Shown here: piece by piece, positions 12,801 to 25,800 of the stretch
Layout: each line of letters starts with the position of its first letter
How positions within the stretch are numbered: position 1 is the stretch's first letter
NCBI GenBank assembly: GCA_047495785.1
Contig: JBLDXI010000021.1
Coordinates: forward strand, 496,001 to 560,000
From: Lepidodermella squamata
Lineage: Eukaryota; Animalia; Gastrotricha
Direction: 5' to 3'
DNA length: 64,000 nt
Made by a program: the position numbers and the translations under genes
Notes under the pieces: model-generated
The model's input: the letters and a program-made list of their open reading frames with translations, nothing else
Databases searched by the model: none
Told to the model about the DNA's origin: nothing

Positions 12801-14589
12801 GATGCTGCGTAATTTTATCTCGTTAGATTTAGAAGTGCAATCAGCGTCATCATTATCTTCGTCATCTATCGCAAATCAATCGTCCTTTCTTTGAACCAAG
12901 GCCTCATCTGTGGCTAAGCACCGAATTTGCGAAAAATAACGGTTCATCTAATCAGCGCCGCAAATCGCGTTTATATACCAAACAGACAAAAACATCAGCG
13001 CGCAATTTAAAAGTAAAATGGGATCAGTGAAATCAACTATAAACGAGAGATCTACGAAAATTCAACTTTATGGAAGGATTTCGAGTACGAGAGGCGTAAA
13101 ACATCTGCTTTCTGTTATTACCAGATAAATGCAGCAGAAAAATTCGCTTAAAGGCTAAGCGATCGATAGATTAATTAAAAGCGTCGCTTGGAACCAGTGA
13201 CTAACACCAAACAAGCGCGTAAAAATGACTTGGAATTATAAATCAATAAAATACAAGTCGCCGGAATGCGCGACTTCACCATGCGCATTGGCACGAGAAA
13301 ATGTGTAATTGGTAAACAATTTATTGGTCAACTCGAGTGGCCTAGATATTTGCTTATAAGCTGCTTCAAAACAAGTATAGTCGTCAATTTCAATAGGATC
13401 TGGCCAGGTATACAGACTAAATTATTCACAGTAAAAATTGTGCGTTTACATATAAAATTCCAATTCCCGCAATCTTCATTTAAAATGTACAATACTCATC
13501 AAGAGCCGAATAACTTGAAGTTGATTCTATTGAAGGCAATAAGTGATAATGTTTACACTTGTGTCTAGCGCTACTCTCGATATACAGCTTTGGCCGGCAA
13601 ACGTAAGAAAAAATATATCTTACAACGCCGTGGGCAATATGGATGCACTTCGAAATGCAAATGTAGTTACAGCCCTCACGAAATAAAACAATTTTCAACG
13701 ACCAGCAAAGCCCAAAGCAGATCAATACTTTTTCATGCAATTGCTCATATACCCTCACTATATATAACATTAGTGGGAGAAATGCACAGCGTATTAACTT
13801 CTCACACGGATAATTTCTAATTTTCTCATCTATAGATATTATGAACTTATTACTAGGCCTCATTACAAAAATGAAGGAAGCGAGGAAATTACATTAGGTG
13901 ATACTGGAAAATTATTTTCAATGAAAGAAAACAAAGGCTACGAAAGAAAGACATCGGCGAGACGTACCGATTTGAAGAAAAAACTGTGCAGCTGTTTGCA
14001 AATCGTTGCGCACATTTCATGCATCAGCGATAAAAAAGCGAGCGGATCGGCTCATTTTGATGATAATAGCGCAGATTAGGTCTGCCATCACATTGGCGAA
14101 AAATGATTTACCAAACAAATTTATGTAATATGCAATAGAAAATTTTCGAGATAAAAAATGGGAATGATTAAGTACTATTGTCTCCGCTAATGAAAGATAT
14201 ACATTGCGGAAATTACTAAGTTGTGCTTTACGCCGCCAAGGAAGTAAACAGATAAACGAAAATGAATTTTCTCAATAAATCACAACCGATATGATGATTA
14301 ATGGATTTCGGAAAAGATAACACGCAAAAGAACAGCGTCCTGTCATCGCCATGCCTGGCTGCGTTTTCTAAGCGATAAGGCGTCTGCTATTAATGGTCTA
14401 GAAAACGTACTCATGTGATCAGTATAATCAGTGCACCAGGATATCATGAGGCTAACTTGAAGAACCCAGCGAACAGCCTTTCATCCCTGCAAATTTCGAG
14501 AAGGATAAGTTAATATAATAGTTCACAAAATAAGAATAAGACGAAATAAGGTGGAGCGCGTGCCTCGCCCATTCCGATTTTCTCATATA

Positions 14590-14756
14590 CTGCATATCTA
14601 CTTATTTTCGGTGGTCATTAATTTTCGGCTTGATCTTTGAACTCATTGTTTTTGCAAAAATACTCAAGAATTCAAATCCACCGAAATTTAATGTACATGC
14701 CCAAAATCTGTAAAACCGAAAATTAATGACCACCGAAAATTAGTAGATATAAAATA
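14590..14756. mobile_element. Short MITE-like element with 35-bp terminal inverted repeats
   Basis: 14594-14628 atatctacttattttcggtggtcattaattttcgg is the reverse complement (one mismatch) of 14716-14750. A partial third copy of ccaccgaaa lies near 14678. No ORF. Confidence 0.7.
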
Positions 14757-15830
14757 GTGTGAGATATTACGAAAGGCAATAACCTTAACTGAGTATAAAA
14801 TCTTCAGCGTTGAGAAAAGTCTTGAGTGGGATAATTGTTGCTAATAGGCTAATGAGTGGCATGAGTGGGATAATTGCTGTATCCAACCTTGCAGTTGGAG
14901 TTTGGTAAATTGAGAAATCATTAATACTTTCAAAGTTTCACATCTCAGATTAATACCATTTACATAATTATAATTACTTTTTCACAGAAAAATTGTACCT
15001 CGAGGAAAGTCCGCGGTGAATATTAGATAATAGATGGAAGTCAGCGCGATTTGAACTGCTTCAATACATATTAAAGTAACTATTAACAGCTGACCAACGC
15101 TTATATAACATTTAGGCTGACAATCCTGGAATTCGACACGATCTCATGAGCGTATGCATCGCAGAACGTGATGATAGCTCGTTGTAGCAAGCCCACTTCT
15201 TCAAGGCGATCGGCGATCGGCATTCAACTATCCATTATCCACTCTCAAACAGGGAGCCCGATGTATAACCTACATATTGTCTATAAACTAATTTGTTCCA
15301 GAAAAAGCACAACAAATAAGAGAGCGTTTCGAGATATCCACTCAGCGACGGTCTAACTCACAGCGTGTCGCGAATAGGCTATCGGGCAAATCACGTTTTA
15401 CGTTTTGCGCCTGCGCGAAAAACAGCCAACTTACTGCTCCCAGCTCCCTTCGGTGCGCCGATGGTCAATGTTGACTGGTTAAAAAAGAAGGTGAACAGTC
15501 AAGGCCGAAGGCCGATCCACTCAATCGTAATTAAAAAGTCTCTCGTTGAGCTAAGACTTATGTCGGTGAGCCGGTTTAGGTTTAGGATCTTAGAAAATTC
15601 CACGACTTTAGTCTTCCGTCATCAGCCCGTATTGGTGACAGTGAGGTCAATCGCCAAGTCGCCTATTAGTGTTTAAATAACTCTGCCTTTACCCTCGGAA
15701 TGAAAAGCCGCGAATTGTTTCGCAACCCGAGCTCAATCTTGAAACCACTCATTACTTGACCACTATAAAACAGTTTGGTTCACAGATCAGATAGGTTCAC
15801 CTAGCAGTCAAAATTTGCCCCCTCAGATTC

Positions 15831-16311
15831 GGTGATTTAAAGAAGGAGCTGAGCTCAATGGAGCTGAGCTCTAACGGAGCTGAGCTCCCTGAATACCGCG
15901 CGCAAGTCAAAGGCCAAGTTCATGGAACAATGTCGGTTTTAATACCAAAATATAGATCGTTCAATTCTCTATCGACTGAATAAAGGTTTGTCACTCGAAA
16001 AACTAAACAGAAAAAAGTTAAGTTGGTAAATAAATTAATGCCATTTGCGCGCACTCTCAAACGATATGCACACTTAAATACGCAATCTAGCATGGGCGTA
16101 AAACTTTTTCTGATTGATTTTTTCCATCGAGAAATCTACATTCGATCGATAGAGAATTGGACGATCTATATTTTGGTATTAAAACCGACATTGTTCCATG
16201 AACTTGGCCTTTGACTTGACCGTGCGCGGTATTCATGGAGCTCAGCTCCGTTAGAGCTCAGCTCCATTGAGCTCAGCTCCTTTTTGAGCTCAGCTCCTTC
16301 TTTAAATCACC
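15831..16311. mobile_element. Foldback/MITE-like palindromic element with long inverted arms
   Basis: Arms 15831-15975 and 16146-16311 are near-perfect reverse complements (ggtgatttaaagaaggagctgagctc ... gagctcagctccttctttaaatcacc), with tandem GGAGCTGAGCTC subrepeats. No TSD recognised. Confidence 0.85.
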
Positions 16312-17217
16312 ACGTACGGAGCGGCCAAAATTTGCACATCAACAATCAACAGGTTGCCTACGATCTCAAGCATGCGGCGGCTCACGGGGGCAAGTGACCT
16401 AGAGTCGCGAGAGGTCACCGGTTTTAAAATTACCGCCAATATGAACCTTGATGAGTAGTGTGCAATAAATATTAGTTCTTTAATTAATTGAATAAAAAAC
16501 ATTTTGATGAAAAATTTTGAAATTTTGCCGCATGGATTTATATTCTTTGGCCTTTTCCCCTTTTGCTTCTTTTTGGGGCTGGGGACTGTGGGCTGTGGGG
16601 ATCGGTGAGTAAGTCAGAGCTCTTAAATCATCTCTGCTCTTTGCCAGCTTTTAACCTTAATGCAGGGCATTTAACGCAGCTTCTTTTTGTTACCTATAGA
16701 CTCCTGCCATTTTCTCTCAATGTTCACCGGTATAATCTACTGCATAAGATTAATATGGGTAGAGGGTAGAGGGTAGAGACGTGAATTGAAACTCTAACCT
16801 CCAAGGAAGCAATGTTCTATATGTATGTATTAATCGTATGTATAATATTTGACATTTAACATCTAACGCCGAATACTTACTTTTACCCGACTTGAGTGAA
16901 CGACACACGACGCCAAGCTATAATTTTTGTATCTTTTAGGGCTCCTAATTGCCACTGATTTATTGATTGAGATTTAGATTAGAGGTTAAGACATCAACAA
17001 TTTTAAATTATGGGGTCAATCGGAATAGTAAGGAGAGTAAATCAAGTAAGTGAATCAAGGAGAGTGACCTGACACACAGCCGAATCAGCGATTAAGTGTC
17101 GTCGTTGTTCTAAAACTATATTTACTATTTGCTGTTTGCTTCGTAGTTCCTTCAAAAGCTGCATCTTCAATTTTGGCTATACTTTTATTACACCCAATAG
17201 GTAGCATTATCGATAAA

Positions 17218-18369
17218 ATGATTCCTGACGTTGCCTTCAACATACACAGTGGCTATTTGGAGGGTCTAATTCGAGGTTTCAAGTCAGGGTTGCTCAAACA
17301 AGCTGACTATCTTAATCTTACACAATGTGAATCGCTTGATGGTAAGACGAATTTTGTAATTGCCGCTATCCTGACTTGTATTTTTCAGACTTGAAACTGC
17401 ATCTGCAAAGCACCGATTATGGTAACTTCCTAGCCAATGAAGCGGGTCCTCTGCGTGTTTCAGTTATCGATGACAAGCTTAAAGAGCGAGTTGTGGCGGA
17501 GTTCAAGCACATCCGTGCCCATTCTGTCGAGCCATTATCCACCTTCTTGGATTACATGACGTGAGCACCTTTTGTGTTAATATATTCGTGCTTATTCAAT
17601 ATCGCTGATTGTTTCTAGATATGGCTACATGATTGACAATATAATTTTATTGATCACTGGTACGCTTCATCAACGACCTGTATCAGAACTTATCCCCAAA
17701 TGTCACCCTCTGGGTATTTTCGATCAAATGGAAGCCATCAGCATTGCACAGACACCAGTTGATCTTTACAATGCGATTCTCATCGATACCCCATTGGGCC
17801 CATACTTCTTGAGCTCGCTATTGAAAGAGCAAGATTTGGACGAGATGAACATTGAAATTATCAGAAATTCCTTGTACAAGGCCTACTTGGAAGATTTTCA
17901 TCGCTACTGTACGCAGGAATTGGGAGGAACAACAGGAGACTTCATGGCCGAAGCTTTGGCGTTTGAAGCTGACCGTAGATCTATCTTGATCACAATCAAC
18001 TCATTCGGTACCGAACTCACTAAAGACGATCGAGCAAAGCTGTACCCGACCTGCGGTAAATTATTCCCTTACGGTATTTTCCAGCTGGCTAAAGCTGACG
18101 AATACGATCAAGTACGCCTTGTATCGGAAGCTTCCTCAGAATACAAGCAAATATTCGATGGTGTTATCGGAGACAAGACTCTGGAGGACAAATTTTTCGA
18201 GCAGGAAGTGAAGCTTATGATGCACGGATTTCTGCAGCAATTCCATTTCGGAGTATTCTACGCCTACTTTAAACTCAAGGAGCAAGAGTGTCGTAACATT
18301 GTGTGGATCGCGGAATGTGTTGCACAGCAACACAAAGCCAAGATCGACAGCTATATTCCGATTCTGTAA
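17218..18369 (+). CDS. ATP6V0D1: V-type proton ATPase V0 subunit d
   Basis: [69 protein letters not shown]. Introns 17342-17388 and 17561-17618. Confidence 0.97.
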
Positions 18370-20439
18370 TTAGCTTTTATTAAGAAGCGTGCAATATCTG
18401 TGCCTACATGACTCGATGAGCGCACGGTTTAATTGATTATCTTTTCTATTATTGTAATCACTGGCTATCAATCGCTACGTATTGCCGTTCGTCTATCTTT
18501 CGTATAGTGGCGAGCTCGGTCTCTTATTTCAGTCTTCAAAATTGCTACCGAATGTAGTTATAATTTTACAAGATGCATCTTCTATTTTGTTGTTACATGT
18601 CACGCCTATGATTTTGTGATGCACGGGCCACTGAATCGAAATTTTAATTGTCCGCGCGTGTTATCTGCGATGAACCCGATATTTGAAATCAAATTCATTT
18701 CGATTTTTATGATTTCCATCTTTTTCGTAGTCCTAGCCGATTTCATTACAATCTGTAAAATTAACTATTCGTCGCTTATTAGTGGCCGCATCAATTTGGC
18801 TATCTTACTTCAATATTGCTATATTTCCTTGACAATTCCATCTTCCACCCAAATTGTCGATTGCAATTTTGGCGTTGTGCATTATTTATTGATTGTAAAA
18901 CGTGATAAGCGTGAGTATAGGTATTGATAGCATCTGTTCTGTCAGTGGCGATAAAATAAAAATTCCTGTCTTTTAAAAGATGTCGCGTTGTCATTTTCAT
19001 TATGGTCAATTCAATGAGTTGCTTGCAGAAATAGTAACGTGAATTTAATTGAAAAAAAACGCGACAGGGGCAGCGCCGAGCTCAGTATGGTATTTTTCTC
19101 GGAATGAATCAACAACGCATGTGCCTCACTTTACGAAAAAAACCCACCAATTTTTTGTTTCACGTGTAAAAGACAATCCAAATTAAGTATACCCCTGATG
19201 GGTCACAGAGTGATGGGCAATGGGAATTGCTTACCATTTATTGTTGGCTAGTGTCTCTGTAATAACTCCATACTCCTGTCATAATACTCCAGGCCTAATA
19301 TAAAAAACATGCGTGAAAATGAGGGGTCAAAATCAAGTTTCTTGAAAGAGAGCATGCCAACATTAGGTACCCTGCCAAAGTTTTTCGGCAGCATTTTCTT
19401 ACTGGCATTCACTTTTCACTCAGTAATTCACAACTCCTACCTCAGTTTTTTACTAAATCTGCTGATATAAAACTAGAGTATGTCCGACTCCTCCGTTGAT
19501 CAAAAAATGTGTAATTTACTTTTGCCAAACAAGGTTGACCGAAACACCCTGTTATATCCCCATTTTGGCAGTTTTAAGAGGGGCTGAAATCAATATACTT
19601 GTAACAAGCATTCACCCGCCTGGAAACAGCTTGAAAGTTTGAACTTGGCTTTTACTTGATAACGGCTATACCATGCAATCCATGCTATTGCTATTTTTGT
19701 AACAAAACACCATTTTGCCGGTGCGGGCGTTGGGGGCGAAGGGCGGGAGGATGCAGGGGGCGTGGATTTAGCTCAGATGAGGGACTATTGGAGAAAAATC
19801 CTACTTATCCAACTATTAGAGTAATCGATTGCGATATTTATTTCATGGAATTCGGGTCGCTGGTCGCTGCTACTATTAAAATCGCATTTCATAGTCAGTT
19901 TTCGAGGTCGCGCGGGATTACAGGTTATTTTGTATTTGAATTTTATTTGCGCCGTTATTTCCGTTCAACCCAATCGATTATATTCTTTCACTGGATTTTA
20001 TTCAAAGCATACGGTGAAAATTCTATATTTTTGATCAGATGGTACGATTTATTGTTTCCGGCTTGCCCAGATTCTCATCGAATGGAATAGCCCATGGAGA
20101 GGAAAAGAAATGCTACACTTTTTGTCACCTTGTAATTGCTAAATTAATCGATAATAATACAGTATCAGCCCATGGCTGAAAAGTGTCAGACTGTCTCGCA
20201 CGCTGTTTCGACCATGTTTTCACTAAAGATCCAACTTCTAACAAGAGTTGCTAACTCATGCTGCTTGCATTGAGAGCAGCCCCGTCGGTGCGAAGAAAAT
20301 TTCCTACGACGAAATTTAATTGTTGCAATGGAACCTTCCGATGAATTCCGAATTTACAAGTGATCTTCAAACTTCATTACATATCGACAAACGATTCCGG
20401 CGCTATTTATCGTATTTTTCTGAAAATCATCCATCATCC

Positions 20440-21290
20440 TCGACTATGACCCAGCCTATCTCGGTGAGCATATTGTTTTGAGACATAACTTGAATACTTT
20501 TCATGTAGACTATTAAATATTTTCGAAAACTTTGAAGCAATTACGGAAACACAACGGACGATACTTCTTGAAAAGGCGGGGTAAATGTCCAACGCATCTA
20601 AATTTCGAGTTGAACTCAGCAGAAATTTCAACTGGACCCGTGCTATTAGAAGCATTTGGACACACTTTAAACCGAAGAAATTCCGATAATCCCATATTTT
20701 GTTCGGATGCGTTTCTTATGAGACACACTTTACACCCGTGAGAAGAGAACGGTAGAGATGTCTGTTTCATTACAGTGGTGATTGGTGATTAAGTCTGACT
20801 TTTTGGATGAATGTATGCTATTTTCTGCTTACTGGTTTGACTTCAGATCCACGAAGCATGACTAACGGGTGGCATCACTAATTTTGTCAATCGTTAGTTT
20901 TGCTTCAATAATTCCGTCGTGTTTCAACGTGTCAAACGCTTTCGATAAGTCAATTGCGACTGTGCCAACGAGCTTCCCGTCACACATCCATCGACGCAAA
21001 ACTTGGTAAACTCGGCAACGCGCAACACGTATATCTGTAGAATGCTTTTCACGAAAGCCATGCTGGGCTGACTGATGTCCACAACTTCGATAGATGCGCT
21101 TTCAACTTAGAGGCCAGGCATTTCTCGAATGTTAACGATAGTTGCCACCATCCATTCTACTCCCAGGTTTATGAATAGGTAGTAAGATCGAATCTTTCCA
21201 ATCATCAACGAATACACCCTCGTTGATTCCCATCTTGAAACTTAATGCTACCTATATATCGTGCTCGGGGCGATCGTGCACTACGTCAGC
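20440..21290 (-). mobile_element. Decayed non-LTR (CR1/L2/Jockey-type) retrotransposon ORF2 / reverse transcriptase remnant
   Basis: The minus strand reads, with stops and frameshifts, GVFVDDWKDSILLPIHKPG..GNYR (~21219-21135), QHGFREKHST (~21065) and VAIDLSKAFDTLKH (~20960-20920), which are ordered LINE RT motifs. A weaker pre-RT-like piece (VIASKFSKIFN) lies near 20520. Confidence 0.8.
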
Positions 21291-22887
21291 TTCATGCCGC
21301 AATCATCAAAGCTCGTCGTGGGTTTGTGTGAGAAATAAGTACAGACCGAAAATGTTTGATAGTTATTTCGGTGTCTGATGAAGCTGAGGCTCCCTGAAAG
21401 GGCTTGAGCGACCTTCGAACCAGCTTGCCACGAAAACAACATTGAAGGAGTTAGCCTTTTCCAGAGACGCATCTTTGCCAAGATCTCGAAAATTTCCACA
21501 GGGATTAGATTTTGGTCTCCTTCGATTGAGTTTTCGGCCAGCTGCTAAGGTTGGCAAAGAAAGATGCGTAGAATTTCAATTCTGAATTATAGCCGTGTCA
21601 GGGTTTTGATCGGGCAGGGTAGTTAGTTACTTTACGCCGGATCAACCTGTGCGCAAAATTAGGAAAGAGCAATGTGTACTCTGCGAGATAAATTTTGTAG
21701 TGAATAGCGCTGAAATTTGATATTCAGTTTGAGGGAATTCGGAAATTCATAATACAAAATAAAAAGACGAGACGGGGACCCAGTGGAGCCAAACGGTGCG
21801 CAACAACTTCAAAACTGGCTCTCATGCCCAAGTACTCCAGTCAGCAGCTACAGATTTATTGTGGGTTATCGGCATTTTCGAGGACTTTAACCATAACCAT
21901 TGGACGTATGAATAAGAATTGAACTGCCCAAGGTGACTAAAGACTAGAAAACTTCTACCGGCGCGGAACCGGCGTTTTCCAAAAGCCTACGGCAAAATTT
22001 TGCAAACTTTACAAAAAAAGAGATTTTGCATTAAAATTTGGTTTTTATTGTGAAAATATCTAAATATTGCTGTAAACTTATTTTGAAAGATTCAAAAATC
22101 TCTTGCGGAACCCGCGCTTTTCCAAGCGGCAACTTCGATTGATCAAAACGATTGGATTTTTAAATTCTATCTTCTATCGGAAAAGCGGATCACCTTTCAT
22201 GTTTAATGTACGCGCTTGGTTGAAATACTTACGCTTCCTGCTAGCCGGCCCTGGGGAAACTATAATTGTTATGACAAATCCGACCAATGGAGAATTGAGA
22301 ATAGAGAATACTAAGCGGGATTTCTTGTTGTGGCTGGGCTTGAACAGGCTAGAAAGGCTAGAGACTTGTGCTTCTGCGAGGTTGATAGTTGAAAGCGGGC
22401 TGCCGGGCTGCGGATTAGTTATGTTATCTGTTAGTATTTAGTATGCCAAACATAGTCTTAATTTTCGTAATGATGTAACATAATTTGGACGCTATAATTT
22501 GTTGTATGCTTATTGCTTATGGATCGAGATGCAGCGGAATATTTATGTTTTACTTGTCGGCACACTCCTATCTCCAGGAAGTTATGATTGGTTATTGGTT
22601 GTTATTGCTGATTTTGCGAAGCTCACGGAGAATCAATATATCCTTTTATCTGATTGTTGTTGAGGTAGCTGAGAGCATAACACTTTACTCGTAACTCGCC
22701 CCTGACCTGTATAAACTTGCTTCACGTTTCACGGGTTGGTATTTTTTACGAGTGCGGAGAATCGAGGAGTCATTCATTTGAGGTCTAAATTGTTTACTGC
22801 TATATATCTATTTAGATTCCGCTTGTTAGCGAGGAAAGATGTCGTGGTGAAGTGGCAGATTTCATATTCATATTGTTTTTAGGTATT

Positions 22888-25800
22888 ATGTATGCATTGA
22901 CACTCGTCGGTTTTTTGTTTGGATGTTGCATTTCCTCCGTGGGTAGCTCTTGTGAAGATGTAAGAAAATGCGCAAATGATGTAGTGAATTTATCAAGTAA
23001 GTTGTCTACCTTCCCCATTATTTAAAAATCATTTTGTTTCGTATTTACTCAGGTCGAGCGTTAAGTGAAAAAAGACAAGCCAATAGCTATTTTGGACAGC
23101 TTTCTACGGTAGTGAATACTTCATATTTTTTGGCTCAGGCTCTAATTGAGCGTTATAAATTTTTAGTGTTCAGCTGTGCCGTCTAAACCGTCCGATCCGA
23201 ACTTTTGTTACTCGCTTCTCAATCTTGCAGTTTCTCAATTCCCTCCTTGTCCTGCAACCGCGCCGATAGCGCCGATTTCGGGCTCTGGATCATCTAGCGC
23301 AGAGAAAGATGTACCTCTTGCGAAGAGTGAAGGAAAGGAAGAAGATAAAGAAGAGAATGGAGAGACTGATTGGATCCTGTTTGGTGCCAAGGGTCAGACT
23401 TGGCTATTCACCTTCGGCTCAGTCATCGGTATCAGTGTCGCCGGATTTGCTTGCGTCATGATTTTACCTAGCATGTGTACCGTCTGTTACAACCACTTTC
23501 AACAATTTCTGGTGGCTATGGCCGTCGGAACTCTTTCTGGCGATGCCGTGCTACACTTGATTCCTCACTCATTCTTCTCTCATGAAGATCACGGCGCTGA
23601 GGAACCAGCCAACATGACTTTACTATCAAATGCTACAGAAGAGGCGGCTAATGCAGTTGAACACAGCGAGCAGAAAATTGTATGATGTTATAATTATAGG
23701 AATTGTTGACCAAGTCCAAATTACTTTTCAGGTGATGAAAGGATCTGTTTTATTGTTTGGATTGTTCCTGTTATACACCATCGAGCAGCTTTTTGCAATC
23801 GTCCCGTCGTATATGGCTGCTCGGCGAGCTAGACTAGCTCATGCAAATGAGCCACCGGCGGTTCGGGCCCGACTGGAAAGCACAGCGTCAAGACATTCCA
23901 AATTACGATTTGTATGTTTTAATAGTTGATATTCTGAATTCTTCTCTCCCACCTTGTTTTTTTGCGCGCATGTCCTAGTTTCGCACTTAATACGGCTTGC
24001 TTCAGTCCAGTTTTTTTCATTTCATTCTCTTCGAGGATATTTTTGAGGATCATCAGTGCATTGCGAGTCACGCTTTTGACTTTAATTTGAATCTGGAGTG
24101 GGTGATTTTGCGATTGTTATTAGCTCTAAAACCAATGAGCCGGAGCTGGCTGCGAACAATAAGAACAAGTGATTGCCTGTGTATCAAATCAAATATTGCG
24201 AGATTTCCGTCTCCTTATTGGCGCTGCTCAGAAAATGCCCGTCGATGATCACACGCCTATAGAGCGCCCACCAAATTGCGTTGATTATCTAGTGTTCTAT
24301 GCTGCATGTGCAATGTGTCTCTCGCTCTCGCCCAGAAAATCAATTTCGCTGCCGCTTTCGTTTGTTTGAGAATCGAAAACGCATGTGGGCGACCATGCGC
24401 GCGCGCACTGGGGAGCGAGTATTATTGCAAACGACATTTTATTTTTTCTGTGAAGCGCACAGGGATGTAGGATTTTTCGATCATGTGTATCGGTGTTCTT
24501 CCATCCGGTGCGCGACGATCTCTCTTGAGTGATGCTGGGTCGCTGAACAAACAGCCGCGAACAGACGCAGTAATTCTGCTGCTCCTTTAAATTTTAATAA
24601 CCATTGCACATTTAAATGACGGACCCTTTTTAACTCGTGTCTCTTGAAATGCTTTCCGTTTCCTGCCATCTCGCTGCGACGTGAAATTACAAACCCCATA
24701 CCTGCTGTTTGCACTTGACGAGCACGACAAATTTTCGTGATCGAATTTACGAAAAGCTTCGTTGAAATAATACGGATCGCTAGTTAGCGAAGGACAAAGT
24801 TGTGTTATTACCTAAACCGGTAGATGTTAAATCATTAATTGCTGCGCTTCAAGCAGTGGTGAGATGAATATTTGCGGTACCACGGAACGAAAATAAATTG
24901 TGTCATCAAACCGCCTGCGCACTCTCAACATGCTTTTAATGAGATGCCACCCTTAAGCTGGAATAACGCGCTCCATCGACGTTATATATCGACTAAGACA
25001 TGCCGATCATGCCTCATGAATTATAAATTAATTTGCGTCTTGCTGTACGCGCCGTGCCGTCATTGATTGATAGAGAAAGGGAGGCTGCGATGCCGGGTGC
25101 CGATTGACTAGGCGGCTTCTCTATGCGTTCCGTGCGACGCAGTGCATCAGAAAACGATCCGAATAAAATCGATGAATAAATGAATTATAAATTGTTGAGG
25201 GAAACGTTGAAATTAACTTTTGCATTGAATATAGGCTCCGAGTACTGGTGGCCATCGTCCTAGCCACGACCACGGGCACAGCCATGGTGGTCACGGTCAT
25301 TCTCACGGTGTGCCGAGGGATGAAAGCAATTATCATTACTCGGATATGGGTGGCGAAAACCACGACGACCACGACCACGAACAAGCAACACCTCTCGTTC
25401 ATTTTCACGACCACTGCGGCGGATCGGTCAGTTCTCACCATTACGTCCAGCCATCGGTGGCCTACTCGACATCGTGCGAAGAGGTCGTCTTCCGCCTGCA
25501 CAGCCACAACAGACGTAATTAAAAGAAAATTAATGATTGATTGAAATTAAAAATTGTAAAATCTATAAAAGTGCTCGAACAAAAGGAATGTGCTGTTGTC
25601 ACACCTTGCCCTCATCCTTGTGTTCCAGAGACACCCTGCGGCGATAAGCCAGGTAATAACCACCTGGATGTTAGCAGAGTGGCTAGTTTCAAATGTATGT
25701 ACCCCGTTTGTTTGCACGCGTGTCGTGTTATCTTAAAGGTGTGAATTTCGACGATGTGTTTTCAGGCGCCGAGCCGACACCCGCCCCGGAGTCGCATATG

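Noticed and set aside
10261-13863. ORFs upstream of the lachesin-like ATG
   Set aside because: Low-complexity non-coding character; most simply a long 5' intron or regulatory region.
15841-15890. GGAGCTGAGCTC repeats as a CRISPR array
   Set aside because: The units are 11-12 bp with 2-4 bp gaps and are mirrored in an inverted arm. There are no spacers or cas genes, and the context is eukaryotic.
16574-16600. G-quadruplex-like GGGG/GGG tract
   Set aside because: It fits the pattern, but a single short tract carries no functional evidence.
19656-20090. 144-aa ORF or an upstream ZIP exon
   Set aside because: It has a non-ATG start and no homology cues, and ZIP already has a signal-peptide start at 22888.
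21963-22125. About 20-bp imperfect direct repeat gcggaacc(g/c)gcg(c)ttttccaa
   Set aside because: There are only two degenerate copies, which cannot be assigned to an element.
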